Source of the DNA: Alphaproteobacteria bacterium
GTDB lineage: Bacteria; Pseudomonadota; Alphaproteobacteria; GCA-2731375
Reading direction: 5' to 3'
Length of the DNA stretch: 64,000 bases
Assembly (NCBI GenBank): GCA_965225945.1
Contig: CBDDBZ010000035.1
Location: 128,001 to 192,000 of the forward strand
The position numbers and the translations under genes are program-made. Under the pieces are notes generated by a model. The model was not told the DNA's origin. It saw only the letters and a program-made list of their open reading frames with translations, and did not search any database. Within the stretch, counting starts at the first letter, position 1. Each line of letters opens with the position of its first letter. Shown in pieces: positions 19,235 to 29,630 of the stretch.

Positions 19235-20258
19235 CCTGATTACGCACTTTACTCAGCCGGATTGATGTGGTACAAATCGTGAACATTTGGTGGTTTTTCT
19301 GGAGGTTCACAATGCCACGCAACAAGGTTCAGTTCCAGAAGGGGCTCAGCGAGCCGCGTTTTCGTGAGTTGTACGGTACCGAGGAGCAGTGTCGCGAGGC
19401 CCTGTTCCGCTGGCGCTGGCCGGAGGGGTTCGCCTGCCCCCGATGTGGCGCCACGCGCCATTGCGAGATCGCCGGGCGAAAACTCTACCAATGCGCCGCC
19501 TGCCGTCATCAAGTCTCGCTGACCGCCGGCACGCTCTTCCACGCGACCAAGCTGGCGCTGACCCTGTGGTTCTCGGCGATCTATCACATGACCCAATCGA
19601 AGAAAGGGATCTCCTCCCTCGAACTCGGCCGGCGGCTCGGCGTCACCCAGACCACGGCCTGGAAGATCAAGCAGAAACTGATGCAGTCCATGCTCGAGCG
19701 CGATGCCAAATTGCCGCTCACCGGGCGGGTGGAGATGGACGATGCCTACCTCGGCGGCCGCCGTTCCGGGGCCAAGCGCGGCCGGGGCGCGCCGGGCAAG
19801 ACGCCGTTCGTCGCCGCCGTCCAGACCACGGCGGAGGGCCAGCCCGTGCGCATCAAGCTGCGCCGCGTCAAGGGCTTCCGCAAGAGCGAGATCGCCAAGA
19901 TGGCCAAGCGCGACCTGAGCCCTGGGGCGAGCGTCTTCAGCGACGGGCTCAACTGCTTCACCGCCGTCACCACGCGGGGCTGTGCGCATCATCCGATATC
20001 CACCGGACCCGGGGCCGTCGCCGGGCCCGCCTTCAAATGGGTCAACACGACCCTCGGCAACCTCAAAAACACCCTGCGCGGTACCTACCATGCGATCCGA
20101 CCCAAGCATGTGCCGCGCTACCTGGCGGCGTTCCAGTACCGATACAACCGCCGCTACCGGCTCGCCGACATGATCGAAGCCCTCGGCCGCGATGCCCTGC
20201 ATACGCCGCCCATGCCATATCGGCTCCTGAAGTTGGCTGAGGTTAGTGCGTAATCAGG
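19235..20258 (+). mobile_element. IS1595-family insertion sequence, complete
   Basis: 24-bp imperfect IR CCTGATTACGCACT...AGTGCGTAATCAGG; 8-bp TSD TACTTTTT at 19227-19234 and 20259-20266. Confidence 0.93.
19312..20253 (+). CDS. IS1595-family transposase
   Basis: Zn ribbon CPRC/CAAC, VEMDDAYLGG, FSDG, FKWVNT, RYNRR. Confidence 0.93.
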   Translation: MPRNKVQFQKGLSEPRFRELYGTEEQCREALFRWRWPEGFACPRCGATRHCEIAGRKLYQCAACRHQVSLTAGTLFHATKLALTLWFSAIYHMTQSKKGISSLELGRRLGVTQTTAWKIKQKLMQSMLERDAKLPLTGRVEMDDAYLGGRRSGAKRGRGAPGKTPFVAAVQTTAEGQPVRIKLRRVKGFRKSEIAKMAKRDLSPGASVFSDGLNCFTAVTTRGCAHHPISTGPGAVAGPAFKWVNTTLGNLKNTLRGTYHAIRPKHVPRYLAAFQYRYNRRYRLADMIEALGRDALHTPPMPYRLLKLAEVSA

Positions 20259-20295
20259 TACTTTTTTGCATGGGAGAACGCGTCGAGGCGCATTT

Positions 20296-20556
20296 ATGAC
20301 AAATTCGCCCCTGCTGCGCGTGTCCGGTCTGAAGACCCACTTCATGATCAAGGAAGGGACCGTGCGCGCCGTCGACGGAGTCAGTTTCACGGTCGACGCA
20401 GGCGAAGTCTTGGGCATCGTCGGCGAATCCGGTTGCGGCAAGAGCGTGACCGCCAGATCGATATTGCGCCTCGTTCCCGACCCCCCTGGCCGCATCGTCG
20501 GCGGCGAGATCGAGTTCGACGGCACCGATATCCTAAGTTTGTCGAGTAGGGTGTAA
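20296..20556 (+). pseudogene. Oligopeptide/dipeptide ABC ATPase (OppD/DppD) N-terminal fragment, cut by IS21
   Basis: [18 protein letters not shown]; ends at the IS21 left end. Confidence 0.85.
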
Positions 20557-20950
20557 TCGGCGGAGCAAAAATACACCACTGAGGCGGCCGGTTTGTCTGG
20601 CTGCGGGCGGAGTGAAAATCCGCCATTGGATAGCCTTTCATCGTCTGGATGGAAGGCTGGAGGATGTACTCAGTGGAGCTTTATCGGAAGATCAGACTTG
20701 CCTGTCGCCATGAGGGCCTGAGCGGGCATGAGGCGGCGCGGCGATTTGGGGTTGATCGAAGGACGGTGGCGAAGATCCTGGCGCACTCGGTTCCGCCGGG
20801 CTACCGGCGCAGCCAGCCGCCGAAGCGGCCGAAGCTGGATGCGTTCACGGACGTCATCGACCGCATCCTGGAAGAGGATCTGACGCGTCCCAAGAAGCAG
20901 CGGCACACCGCCAAGCGGATCCGTGAGCGGCTTCGCGACGAGCATGGCTT
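20552..20950 (+). mobile_element. istA: IS21-family remnant: left end plus istA N-terminus (20664-20950)
   Basis: TGTAATCGGCGGAGCAAAAATACACCA end with an internal repeat; HTH and PKKQRHTAKRI; truncated at a REP-like repeat. Confidence 0.85.
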
Positions 20951-21294
20951 GAATTACGGTGACGAATTACGGTGACAGTGCACTTAATCAGCGCAAGGCG
21001 AGGCCCCAGGCCCCGAGCGTGCCGTCGCGCTTCAAGCGCGGAACCGGCACGTCGGCTGCCCCGTGGAGGGCATGACGCGCCATTGGCGTCGTCGTCGGAG
21101 GGAAGGCGATCGGCTCCGTCGTGACCGTGGTCCGCCCGTCATCCCCAGGTTGCCGCCACAGCCCAGGGGATGAAGGGCGCCTCCTGACTCTCGGTGAGTT
21201 TTGTGTGGCCTCGATGCCCGGCGTCGAGGTGGGGTGAAATCGGTCCCCTGAAATCCTCGGGTTGAGTGCACTGTCACCGTAATTCACCGTAATT
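20951..21294. repeat. REP/REPIN-like inverted pair GAATTACGGTGACAGTGCACTYAA (20964-20987 and 21262-21285) with outward partial copies
   Basis: 24-bp inverted repeats about 275 bp apart; the same motif occurs at 45635-45738. Confidence 0.8.
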
Positions 21295-21472
21295 AGTCGG
21301 CCGTTAAATTCCCGAATTTCGGCGGCATCGTTGGTGTATTCGTCGTGAGGCACGGTTCGAGTTTGCAAGAAATCGCCTGAGGCAAGGTGGATTTCTTGCA
21401 ATTTCGTTTGATTTTATGTTCTATTTTTCGCTGATTCATGTTATAGTCAAGCTCGTGATTATGAGGGCTCCC

Positions 21473-21802
21473 ATGCGACCGAAGCAGTCTCCCAAGGCCG
21501 ATCACGACGACCTCTTCCGTTCGCGCCTCGACCACATCATCAACATGCGCCACCCGCTCGTCCTCTTGGCCGAGAGGATCGATTGGGCCTGGATCGAGGA
21601 ACACCTGACGGACCGCTTCGCCGACAACGGCCGACCCGCCGAGCCGGTCCGCTTCATGATCGGCATGTTCGTGCTGAAGCACACCTACACGCTCTCCGAC
21701 GAGCAGCTCTGGGAGCGTTGGGAGCACGATCCCTACTTCCAGTACTTCACCGGCGAGGAATTCTTCCAGCACGGGCTCCCCCACGAACGCTCGGGATTGA
21801 GC
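21473..21802 (+). pseudogene. IS5-family transposase N-terminal fragment
   Basis: DLFRSRLDHIINMRHPLV, LSDEQL, DPYFQYFTGE, PHERS. Confidence 0.85.
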
Positions 21803-21857
21803 CGGGAAAGGGGTCATTGTACTTTATTCGGCGGCACGGATGCGTTGGGATCGGCGC

Positions 21858-22047
21858 ATGCCTCGCACCACAAGCGCCGCCGACATGGCCTATCACGTCA
21901 TCACCTGAGGCAACGGCATGGCGAGGGTATTCCACGACGATGACGATTTCGCCGCCTTCCACCGCTCGAGCGGTTCGCATCGCATCGCCATGCGCATCGC
22001 CGCCTAAATGCGTCATGCCCAACCCTTTTCATCTCGTCCTCTGGCCG
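21858..22047 (+). pseudogene. REP-associated tyrosine (HUH/Y1) transposase (RAYT) remnant
   Basis: MPR...YHVIT*GN...VFHDDDDFAAF...IAA, then frameshift to CVMPNPFHLVLWP (degenerate MPNHFHL HUH motif). Confidence 0.75.
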
Positions 22048-22236
22048 CCCGCATCGAAAGCGCCGGAGGTCGACGAAGATGTGGACGGAAGCGCGGGGCG
22101 GCGTGGTGGGACAAGGTCCGGGGAAATAGAGATCACTTTTCGAGGTACTTCCGGCCATGGAAACGCTCACGTCCGAAGTCGCGACGAGGACCCCGTCGCT
22201 GGCCGTGTCGATAAAAAATGCTTCGACCGGCCCCGC

Positions 22237-22764
22237 CTACGTCGGCCAGGCGTCGCGGATCGGCTCGCTGCCGTCCCAGGCGGTGGCGATCTCGTGGATC
22301 GCCTCGAACTGGCGGCGCCGCGTCTCGGTGTAGGCGGCGAGCTCGACCACCGTGCCGGGATGGCTCTCGGTCGCCAGGTAGACGAAGGGTCCCCGGTTGG
22401 TGCTTCCCTGCTGGGCGATCACGTAGCCGTCGGCCAGCGCCTTGCTCACCATGGCGTCGTAGTCCTCGGGGAAATAGCAGATGTGCTGCAGCCCCTCGTG
22501 GCCGGCGGCGACGAAGTCGCGGTACATCGAGGGCGCGTCGTTGCGCTGCTGGATCAGCTCGACCTGGACGGCGCCCGAATAGGTGATGGCGATGGAGACA
22601 TGGGGCGCGGACGGCTCGCCGTAATAGCGGAAGTCGGTCACCGCCAAGCGCTCGACATAGAACCAGGGGCCGACGTCGAAGACCTCCAGCCAATGGCGCA
22701 TCGCCGCCTCGATGTCCCCCACGACATAGCCCAACTGGCACAAATTCCCGAAGCGCCGGCTCAT
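22237..22764 (-). CDS. VOC/glyoxalase family protein
   Basis: QLGYVV, VELIQQ, EGLQHICY. Confidence 0.85.
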   Translation of the reverse strand: MSRRFGNLCQLGYVVGDIEAAMRHWLEVFDVGPWFYVERLAVTDFRYYGEPSAPHVSIAITYSGAVQVELIQQRNDAPSMYRDFVAAGHEGLQHICYFPEDYDAMVSKALADGYVIAQQGSTNRGPFVYLATESHPGTVVELAAYTETRRRQFEAIHEIATAWDGSEPIRDAWPT

Positions 22765-22864
22765 GATCTTTCTCCCCCGTTGCGGCTCGATCATCCGATA
22801 CCATCGAGCGCCACAATTGGCCATGCCCGGCCGCCCCACTCCGCCGTTCGAGCCGCTCGCGCTC

Positions 22865-23758
22865 TCAGGCGGCGATCACGGGGGCCTCGCCGGCCACGCT
22901 GGTCCGGTGCATCACCCGGCGTTCGCTCGGGTCATGGGGCGTGACCAGGTGCATCGTGCAGCGGTTGTCCCACATCACGATGTCGTCGCTCTCCCAGCCA
23001 TGGCGATAGACGAATTCGTCGCGCTCGGCGAACGCCGTCAATTCCCCGATCAGCGCCGCGCCGTCAGCCCCCGACATGCCCTCTACCCGGTCGTTGTAGA
23101 TCGGGCTGATGTAGAGCGAAGCCCGGCCGGTGACGGGGTGGCGGCGCACCATGGGCTGCCACACGGGCGGCATCGCCTCGCGCTCATCCGGGGTGAGGGG
23201 CTTCAACTTGGCGAAGGCGTGCAGATAGCCGAAGTCGTGGCGTGCCGCGCGCCCCTCGATTCCGCGGCGCAGGCGCTCCGGCAGCGCGTCGAGGACCCGG
23301 TACATGTTGGTGAAGCAGGTCTCGCCGCCGCTCCGGCTGACCTCGAGCCCCCGCAGGATCGAGGCCATGGAGGGGATCGGGCGAAAGCTGCTGTCGGTGT
23401 GCCAGCGCCGGGCCTGGGCGAGCTGGGCGATGGTGGGATGCGTGGGCGCCATCATCTCGCCGTCGTCGCCGACGTTGGAGACGCGGAAGATTTCCGGCGC
23501 GCGGGCGGAACGGATGATGTTCTGGTGGTGCACCTCCAGCTCGCCGAAGCCGCGGGAGAAGGCGATCTGCTCCTCGTCGCTGATCGCTTGTCCCGGAAAC
23601 ACGAGGACCAAATTGTCCATCCAGGCGTCGTGGACGGCGTCGCGAACTTCGGGCGTCAACGGCCGCGTCAGATCGAGCCCCCGCACCTCGGCGCCGAGTG
23701 CGGGATGCAGTTTGCGGATCTGGAGTGCCCGGGTCGAGCTCTCCCGCGCGATGGCCAT
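22865..23758 (-). CDS. TauD/TfdA 2-oxoglutarate-dependent dioxygenase
   Basis: WHTDSS, HPVTGR, MWDNRCTMH. Confidence 0.92.
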   Translation of the reverse strand: MAIARESSTRALQIRKLHPALGAEVRGLDLTRPLTPEVRDAVHDAWMDNLVLVFPGQAISDEEQIAFSRGFGELEVHHQNIIRSARAPEIFRVSNVGDDGEMMAPTHPTIAQLAQARRWHTDSSFRPIPSMASILRGLEVSRSGGETCFTNMYRVLDALPERLRRGIEGRAARHDFGYLHAFAKLKPLTPDEREAMPPVWQPMVRRHPVTGRASLYISPIYNDRVEGMSGADGAALIGELTAFAERDEFVYRHGWESDDIVMWDNRCTMHLVTPHDPSERRVMHRTSVAGEAPVIAA

Positions 23759-23926
23759 GTCTGAACTCCCTCGATTGGCGCGCCGACCTTCAATCGTCGA
23801 CGAACTCGCTTTCCACGGTGCGGGCGCATTCGAGCATACCGCTCTCCCTGCCGGCGACGGGGGCGGCTTCGCTCGGTTGATGCTCGCATATATCGCGCTG
23901 GCTTTGAAGGCCGGCCGGGTCGGGTA

Positions 23927-24286
23927 CCAGGGCAATCGCGTGAACGCGATTGCCCTGGATTGTTCTTGTTCCCTCAGACGCCGGGCGCGCCCATCCGGGC
24001 GCTCGGGCGCTGCTCGCATAAGCTCGCGGGGCCTCAATGGCCCGTTGGCGGCGGTTGACGCGGTATCAAGGCCGTGGCCATCACTTCTGGCGATTGCCCT
24101 GGGGATTCGAACAGGGCAATCGCGTGAACGCGATCACCCTGGATTCTTCTTGTTCCCTCAGACGCCGGGCGCGCCCATTCGGGCGCTCGGGCGCTGCTCG
24201 CATGGGCTCGCGGGGCCTCAATGGCCCATTCGCGGCGGTTGACGCGGTATCAAGGCCGTGTCCATCACTTCACGCGATTGCCCCGG
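23927..24286. repeat. Two tandem copies (184-bp period) of a ~175-bp MITE-like palindromic element
   Basis: Each unit bounded by CAGGGCAATCGC...GCGATTGCCC; hairpin at the 5' end; few substitutions between copies. Confidence 0.85.
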
Positions 24287-24300
24287 GTCGGGCACGGACT

Positions 24301-24849
24301 CTACGTCTCTTCCCCGTGATAGCTCACTTGCTGCTCCAGAATGCGGTGCATTTCAGCCGGCCGGATACCCAGCATGGCGATGGAAATCTGCACCGTCGGA
24401 TAGCCCGCCATCTCGCCGCGATAGCGCATCAGCTCCGGGCTCATCAGCAGCGAGCCGACCTCGCGGCGAAGCTGTTCCGCGTGCTCGGGCGCCAACGCCG
24501 CCTTGTCGTAGGCGATGATCAGCGCGGTCCGGTGGAAGCTGGCGCGCCCCAAACCGATGCCGGTGATGGCGGGCCAGGGGAGGTGGCCGAAATTCGGCCG
24601 GCGACAGGTGATCCCTTCGCCGTCTATCACTAGGACCGGCTTGGGCGAAAATCCGATCATCGCCATGCCGATGCCGCAGACGATGCCGGTGACGATCATC
24701 GCCACGCCGAGCGTCGTCGTCTCGCCCGGCTGTTGCAGGACCTTCCAGCCGAGCAGGGTGACGTAGAAGCAGGCGAGCGCGACGAGGCCGTGCTTGAACC
24801 GCGAGGCGTGGATCTCGACCCGACCCTCCGATGGCGCGGGCGCTTTCAC
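24301..24849 (-). CDS. Hypothetical 2-TM protein with PH-like soluble domain
   Basis: Two TM helices then PVLVIDGEGI...LPWPAI; GTG start inferred. Confidence 0.55.
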   Translation of the reverse strand: MKAPAPSEGRVEIHASRFKHGLVALACFYVTLLGWKVLQQPGETTTLGVAMIVTGIVCGIGMAMIGFSPKPVLVIDGEGITCRRPNFGHLPWPAITGIGLGRASFHRTALIIAYDKAALAPEHAEQLRREVGSLLMSPELMRYRGEMAGYPTVQISIAMLGIRPAEMHRILEQQVSYHGEET

Positions 24850-26088
24850 GCGCCAGCCTCGGGTTTGGCGGCGTCGTGATGCGGATAGAACACGATCGAG
24901 ACCAGCGACATCGCCATCATCGACGCTCCGGCGTGCCAGCCGCGGGCGATCGGCCCAACGGGTAGGCGTCGCCCGCTTGCAAATCCTCGAAACAGCGCAT
25001 CTCGGCTCCCGCTCCCGGGGAGGGAACATAGTGTGGTTCCCCCTCGCATGAAATGCCTAGTGTTCCGATCCTAACAAAAGTTTCCCAAAGGGCTTGCGTT
25101 CTGCGATTCTGGGGGAATGACGAAGACATTGGCATGCATCTGGCTGTCTCCCGCGGAGCGGGCGACGCTGGAAGGGTTGGTTTCTGGGCGGAACACGCCG
25201 CAGAAGCTGGTTTGGCGGGCACGGATAGTGTTGCTGTCGGCTGACGGGATTGGCACGATGACGATCGTCCGGTTGGTCGGCAAAAGTAAGGTGACGGTGT
25301 GGCGCTGGCAGGAGCGCTACCTTGCCAAAGGCATCGCCGGACTGCGCCGCGATGCGACGCGACCGGGACGCAAGCCGCCGCTGAGCGCCGAGGTGATCGA
25401 GCGGGTTGTGCATAAGACCTTGCACGAGACGCCGGAGGCGGCGACGCATTGGAGCATCCGCAAGATGGCCCGTGCCGTCGGCCTCAGCTACACCAGCGTG
25501 CAGCGGATCTGGAAGGCGCACGGCCTCAAGCCGCACCTGGTGAAGACCTTCAAGCTGTCGAATGACGAACACTTCGTCGAGAAGGTGCGCGATATCGTCG
25601 GTCTCTATCTCGATCCGCCGGACAAGGCGCTGGTTCTCTCGGTCGACGAGAAGAGCCAGATCCAGGCGCTCGACCGCACACAGCCCGGCTTGCCGATCAA
25701 GAAGGGCCGAGCCGGCACCATGACGCATGACTACAAGCGCCACGGCACGACGACATTGTTCGCCGCGCTCGACGTCGCCACCGGCAAGGTCATCGGCCAC
25801 TGCATGAAGCGGCACCGCCATCAGGAATGGCTGAAATTCCTGCGCCGTATCGACGCCGAGACGCCCAAGAAGCTCGACCTGCATCTGATCGCCGACAACT
25901 ACGCCACCCACAAGCATCCCAAGGTCAAGGCGTGGTTGGCAAAACATCCTCGCTTCCATATGCACTTCACTCCGACATCCGCCTCCTGGCTCAGCCAGGT
26001 CGAACGCTTCTTCGGCCTGATCACCAGCGATCAAATCCGTTGCGGCGTGTTCAAGAGCGTCGCCGAACTCGAAACAGCCATTCAGAAA

Positions 26089-27113
26089 GGCTCAATTCGT
26101 GAATTGTATGCGTCACCTTGTTACGGCGGCGGCGAGGCAGGCTCGGTCATTGGCGCCGGGGGCGAGGCCGACGAGGTGGAACCAGCTCAGGTAGTTGTCC
26201 AGATAGCGGGTGGCGATGCCGCGGCGGGGACGCAGGAAGTCCTTCAACCGGCTGTGGCGGCTGTTCACCGTCTGCACATGCAGATCGCCCCGAACCCGTT
26301 CCCCCATCGAGCGGTTGAGTGCTTCGTGGCTCACCCCGAGCGCGGCGGCGCACGGTGGGTAGCTCGCGCCGCCGTCGGAGACCAGCAGGGCGTCCTTCGC
26401 GACCACCGGGTCGAGGGCAGCCGTGAGCGCCGCCGCATCGACCCTGGGCAGCACCGCGCTGACCGTCGTTCCGCTCCGGTCCGCCGCCATGAGAACCGGT
26501 ACCTGCTCGCGCGAGAGGCCGCGCTTCTTCGCCTTGCCGCCCCGCCGCCGTGCCTTGCGCCCCAGCCCGCGCGCGCCCTTCCGGCTCTCCAGGACGTAGG
26601 TCTCGTCCGCTTCCACGATCCCCTTGAGCACCTCCGAATCGCTCCGCGCCGCCGCCAGAAACCGGTGACGCCAGCGGAACGCCGTGCTCACCGCCACGTC
26701 GCAGCGCGCCGCCGAGGCCTTCACCGTCTCCCCCTTCGCCAGCGACGCCCCGAACGACAGCCAGCGTTCCTTGTGGTGCAAGCCCGACAGCGGCGTACCG
26801 CTCAGCGCGTTGAAGGTCCTGCCGCAGCCCTTGCACTGGTAGCGCCGCAGACCCCGCGCCATACCGCCCGAAACCGCCCCCTCGCTCGAGCAGTGCGGAC
26901 AGCGCCGGGCCTCGTCCACACCAAGCTCGATCGCGGCCTTCGATGCCTCGCCCTCGCTCCGGCCCGACAGCACCGCGAGCGCCTCGCGCCGCTGCGCGCG
27001 CGTCAGCCCGCGCGCCGCCGAAAGCCACACCTGGAAACCCTTGCCGTCCATAACCCAACCTCCTGACGTTCCAGGCACTCTATCACTAATGCATACAATT
27101 CACGAATTGAGCC
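26089..27113 (-). mobile_element. IS1595-family element nested in IS630
   Basis: Perfect 23-bp IR GGCTCAATTCGTGAATTGTATGC; 8-bp TSD TTCAGAAA. Confidence 0.95.
26113..27051 (-). CDS. IS1595-family transposase
   Basis: CPHC/CKGC, VEADETY, VSDG, HVQTVN, RGIATRYLDNY. Confidence 0.93.
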   Translation of the reverse strand: MDGKGFQVWLSAARGLTRAQRREALAVLSGRSEGEASKAAIELGVDEARRCPHCSSEGAVSGGMARGLRRYQCKGCGRTFNALSGTPLSGLHHKERWLSFGASLAKGETVKASAARCDVAVSTAFRWRHRFLAAARSDSEVLKGIVEADETYVLESRKGARGLGRKARRRGGKAKKRGLSREQVPVLMAADRSGTTVSAVLPRVDAAALTAALDPVVAKDALLVSDGGASYPPCAAALGVSHEALNRSMGERVRGDLHVQTVNSRHSRLKDFLRPRRGIATRYLDNYLSWFHLVGLAPGANDRACLAAAVTR

Positions 27114-27306
27114 TTCAGAAATACCTCGAGCACCACAATGCCGATCCAAAACCCTTCGTATGGACCGCTTCCGCCACCGCCATACTCGAAAAAGTCGCTC
27201 GTGGGCGACAGGCGTTAGAGTCGGTACACTAGGTCCTTGGCCCCAGGTCCTTGGCCGGGTCAGCCCGGAGCCAGCCGGTCGAGGCGCAGGCGATGGCGGG
27301 CGTCGG

Positions 27307-27848
27307 TCAGTCGGTGGACGCCCACCAGGACAGCGAAACCCGCGCCGAGGTCGGCTCATCCAGCAACAGAACGCGCGGCGCGCGCTCCACTGCGCGCAAC
27401 AGGGCCAATCGCTGTCGCTCGCCGGTGGAGATGGCATCGACCATCGCCTCGCCGATGGCTCCGGGCAACAGCAACGCCGCCGCGCTGGCCCGGAGCGCCG
27501 GCCAATCCTCGAAGTGGTCCCCGACCCGATCGGCCCACCAGCCGGCATCGGCGGCGAGATAGCCGACCGACGCGCGCCATTGCGGCCCACTCATCTCGTC
27601 GCGCGCGCGACCGTCGAGTCGTCGCGCGCGCGACCGTCGAGGCTGATTTCGCCCACCGTGGGGTCGAGGTCCGCGAGCGCGCGAAGCAGCAGGGTCTTGC
27701 CGCTGCCCGAGCGGCCGCGAACGGCCAGGCATTCACCTCGAGCGAGCTCGAAGGAACTCGGCTGGAGGCCCGGTCGGGCGAGGTCTCGCACCTGCGGCAC
27801 GTTTGGCCACCGATAGCGTGTTTGGACACGGGCGTAGGCTTGCAGCAT
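27307..27848 (-). pseudogene. ABC ATP-binding protein (FetA/YbbL-like), frameshifted and C-terminally deleted
   Basis: GRSGSGKT, ISTGERQR, LLLDEPTSA; 23-bp tandem duplication at 27596-27641. Confidence 0.8.
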
Positions 27849-27929
27849 AGCGCCGATTGCGCTTTGCTCGCCGCGCTGATTGCGCCGATTGCGCTTTGAG
27901 GAGATCGGGAACCGAGGAGGAGACACGCC

Positions 27930-28823
27930 ATGGCCAAGCAGACGATCGCCGTCCTCAGCCCCGGCGATATGGGGCATGCCGTCGGCCGGGCCCTGATCGC
28001 GGGTGGGCACCGGGCCGTTACCTGTCTCGCCGGGCGGAGCGAGCGAACCCGGAGGCTCGCGGCGAAGGGCGGGCTGGAGGATCTCCGGGATCTCGACACG
28101 GTGGTGGGAAATGCCGATCTGGTGCTGTCGATCCTGCCGCCCGCGGATGCGCCCGTGCTGGCGCGGGCGGTGGCCGAGGCGATGGGGCGGACCGGCGCGC
28201 GCCCGCTCTATGCCGACTGCAACGCCGTCGCGCCGACCACCGTCGCCGGCATTGCCGACACGATTCGGAACGCCGGCGCCCCCTTCATCGACGCCGGCAT
28301 CATCGGTGCCGCCCCCGGCAAGGGAACACCGACCCGCTTCTACGTCAGCGGGCCGGACACGGGGCCCATGGAAGCATTGCAGGTGCCCGAGATTTGGGTG
28401 AAGCCGCTCGGGCCCGAGATCGGTCGCGCCTCGGCGATCAAGATGTGTTACGCCTCGATGACCAAGGGGACCAACGCACTCCATGTCGCGGTGCTGACGG
28501 CGGCCGAACGTCTGGGCCTCGCGGCGGAGCTGCGCGAGGAGTTCGAGTTCTCTCAGAAGGCGACGCTCGACAAGATGGCTGCGGTGGTGCCGTTTCTGCC
28601 CGCCGACGCGGCGCGCTGGGTCGGCGAGATGTGGGAGATCGCCGAGACCTACCGCGCTGCCGGCCTGCCGCCCGGCTTCCACGAGGGCGCGGCCGCCGTC
28701 TTCGAGCTGCTGGCGGCGACGCCCTTCGCCCAGGAGACGCGGGAGACTCTGGACCGCGGCCGAACCTTGGATGCCGCCGTCCGCGTCTTCGCCGCGACCC
28801 GAGCGCAAGCCGCCGAGGAATAG
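27930..28823 (+). CDS. NAD(P)-dependent oxidoreductase, DUF1932 type
   Basis: SPGDMG, DCNAVAP, ASAIKMCYASMTKG, RWVGEMWEI. Confidence 0.85.
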   Translation: MAKQTIAVLSPGDMGHAVGRALIAGGHRAVTCLAGRSERTRRLAAKGGLEDLRDLDTVVGNADLVLSILPPADAPVLARAVAEAMGRTGARPLYADCNAVAPTTVAGIADTIRNAGAPFIDAGIIGAAPGKGTPTRFYVSGPDTGPMEALQVPEIWVKPLGPEIGRASAIKMCYASMTKGTNALHVAVLTAAERLGLAAELREEFEFSQKATLDKMAAVVPFLPADAARWVGEMWEIAETYRAAGLPPGFHEGAAAVFELLAATPFAQETRETLDRGRTLDAAVRVFAATRAQAAEE

Positions 28824-28944
28824 CGCGAGCCCGCCGCGCCGCGCCCGCGAAACCGGAGGTCGTCGAGACCGTCCGCGGCGCGGGCTAGTGAATTCTATCC
28901 ACTAGATCCTCGTGTCGGACGAAGGGGGATGAAGCAAGACGACC

Positions 28945-29562
28945 CTACCGCGCCGTCGTCAGGGTCCATTGGACCGAGCGGCGCAGGACCTTGCCGAGCG
29001 CGGCATCGAAGGCGGTGATCACCGCGTCCATCGAGTTCGCGCTGGCCTGCGCCGTCGCCTCGAAGTTCTCGGAGGCGATGATGGTCCGTCGCGGCTGCTT
29101 GATCAGCTTGGCGTTGAGGCGAACCCGCACGAGCGGCGGCGCGCCCTCGCTCGCGTATTCGGCCTGGAATTCGCGCAGCTCGCTCTTCAGGTTGAAGTCG
29201 GAGCGCAGGCCAATCGCCTGGCGGCCGACGGCGACGATGTTGCCGCTGTTCTCGAAGCTTTCGACCAGCAAGGTTTGGACCATGCGCGGCGCCCGCGCGG
29301 TCCACTGCACCCCGGCGAAGTAGTCGAGCCGCATGGGACCGGTGCGGAGCGCGATCCGGGCGACGTTGAGCCCGCCGGCGGCCAGCGGTTCCTCGACCAC
29401 GAGCTGCCAGGCGACCGGGCGGATCGAATTATCGAATGTGCTCTTGGGCGTCAGTGTGTAGAGGTTCGGCGGCGGACCGCTCCCCGGGAGCAAGCCCTCG
29501 CAGGCGGCGAGCCCGCCCAACAGGCCCGCGAGCACCAGCACTCGCGCCCACCGAGCGATCAT
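28945..29562 (-). CDS. ABC transport auxiliary lipoprotein (PqiC/DUF330)
   Basis: Lipobox LAAC; last gene of the Mla-type operon. Confidence 0.85.
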   Translation of the reverse strand: MIARWARVLVLAGLLGGLAACEGLLPGSGPPPNLYTLTPKSTFDNSIRPVAWQLVVEEPLAAGGLNVARIALRTGPMRLDYFAGVQWTARAPRMVQTLLVESFENSGNIVAVGRQAIGLRSDFNLKSELREFQAEYASEGAPPLVRVRLNAKLIKQPRRTIIASENFEATAQASANSMDAVITAFDAALGKVLRRSVQWTLTTAR

Positions 29563-29630
29563 GAACCGTTCCCGAGCGCTCGAGGCCGAGGCCCATCGCC
29601 ATGAGATCCCGCTCGTCTCGCCTCCCTGCG

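Larger units (their letters stand above)
25057..27232 (+). mobile_element. IS630-family element; transposase (25117-26088 joined to 27122-27232) interrupted by IS1595
   Basis: Ends CTAGTGTTCCGATCCTAAC and GTTAGAGTCGGTACACTAG; VDEKSQIQAL, DNYATHK, VERFF; C-terminus KYLEHHNADPKPFVW resumes after the insert. Confidence 0.92.

Noticed and set aside
20951-21294. GAATTACGGTGAC repeats (also at 45635) as a CRISPR array
   Set aside because: Repeats are inverted or abutting, with no regular unique spacers and no cas genes
25117-27066. 649-aa ORF as a novel fused transposase
   Set aside because: Read-through from IS630 into the antisense strand of the nested IS1595
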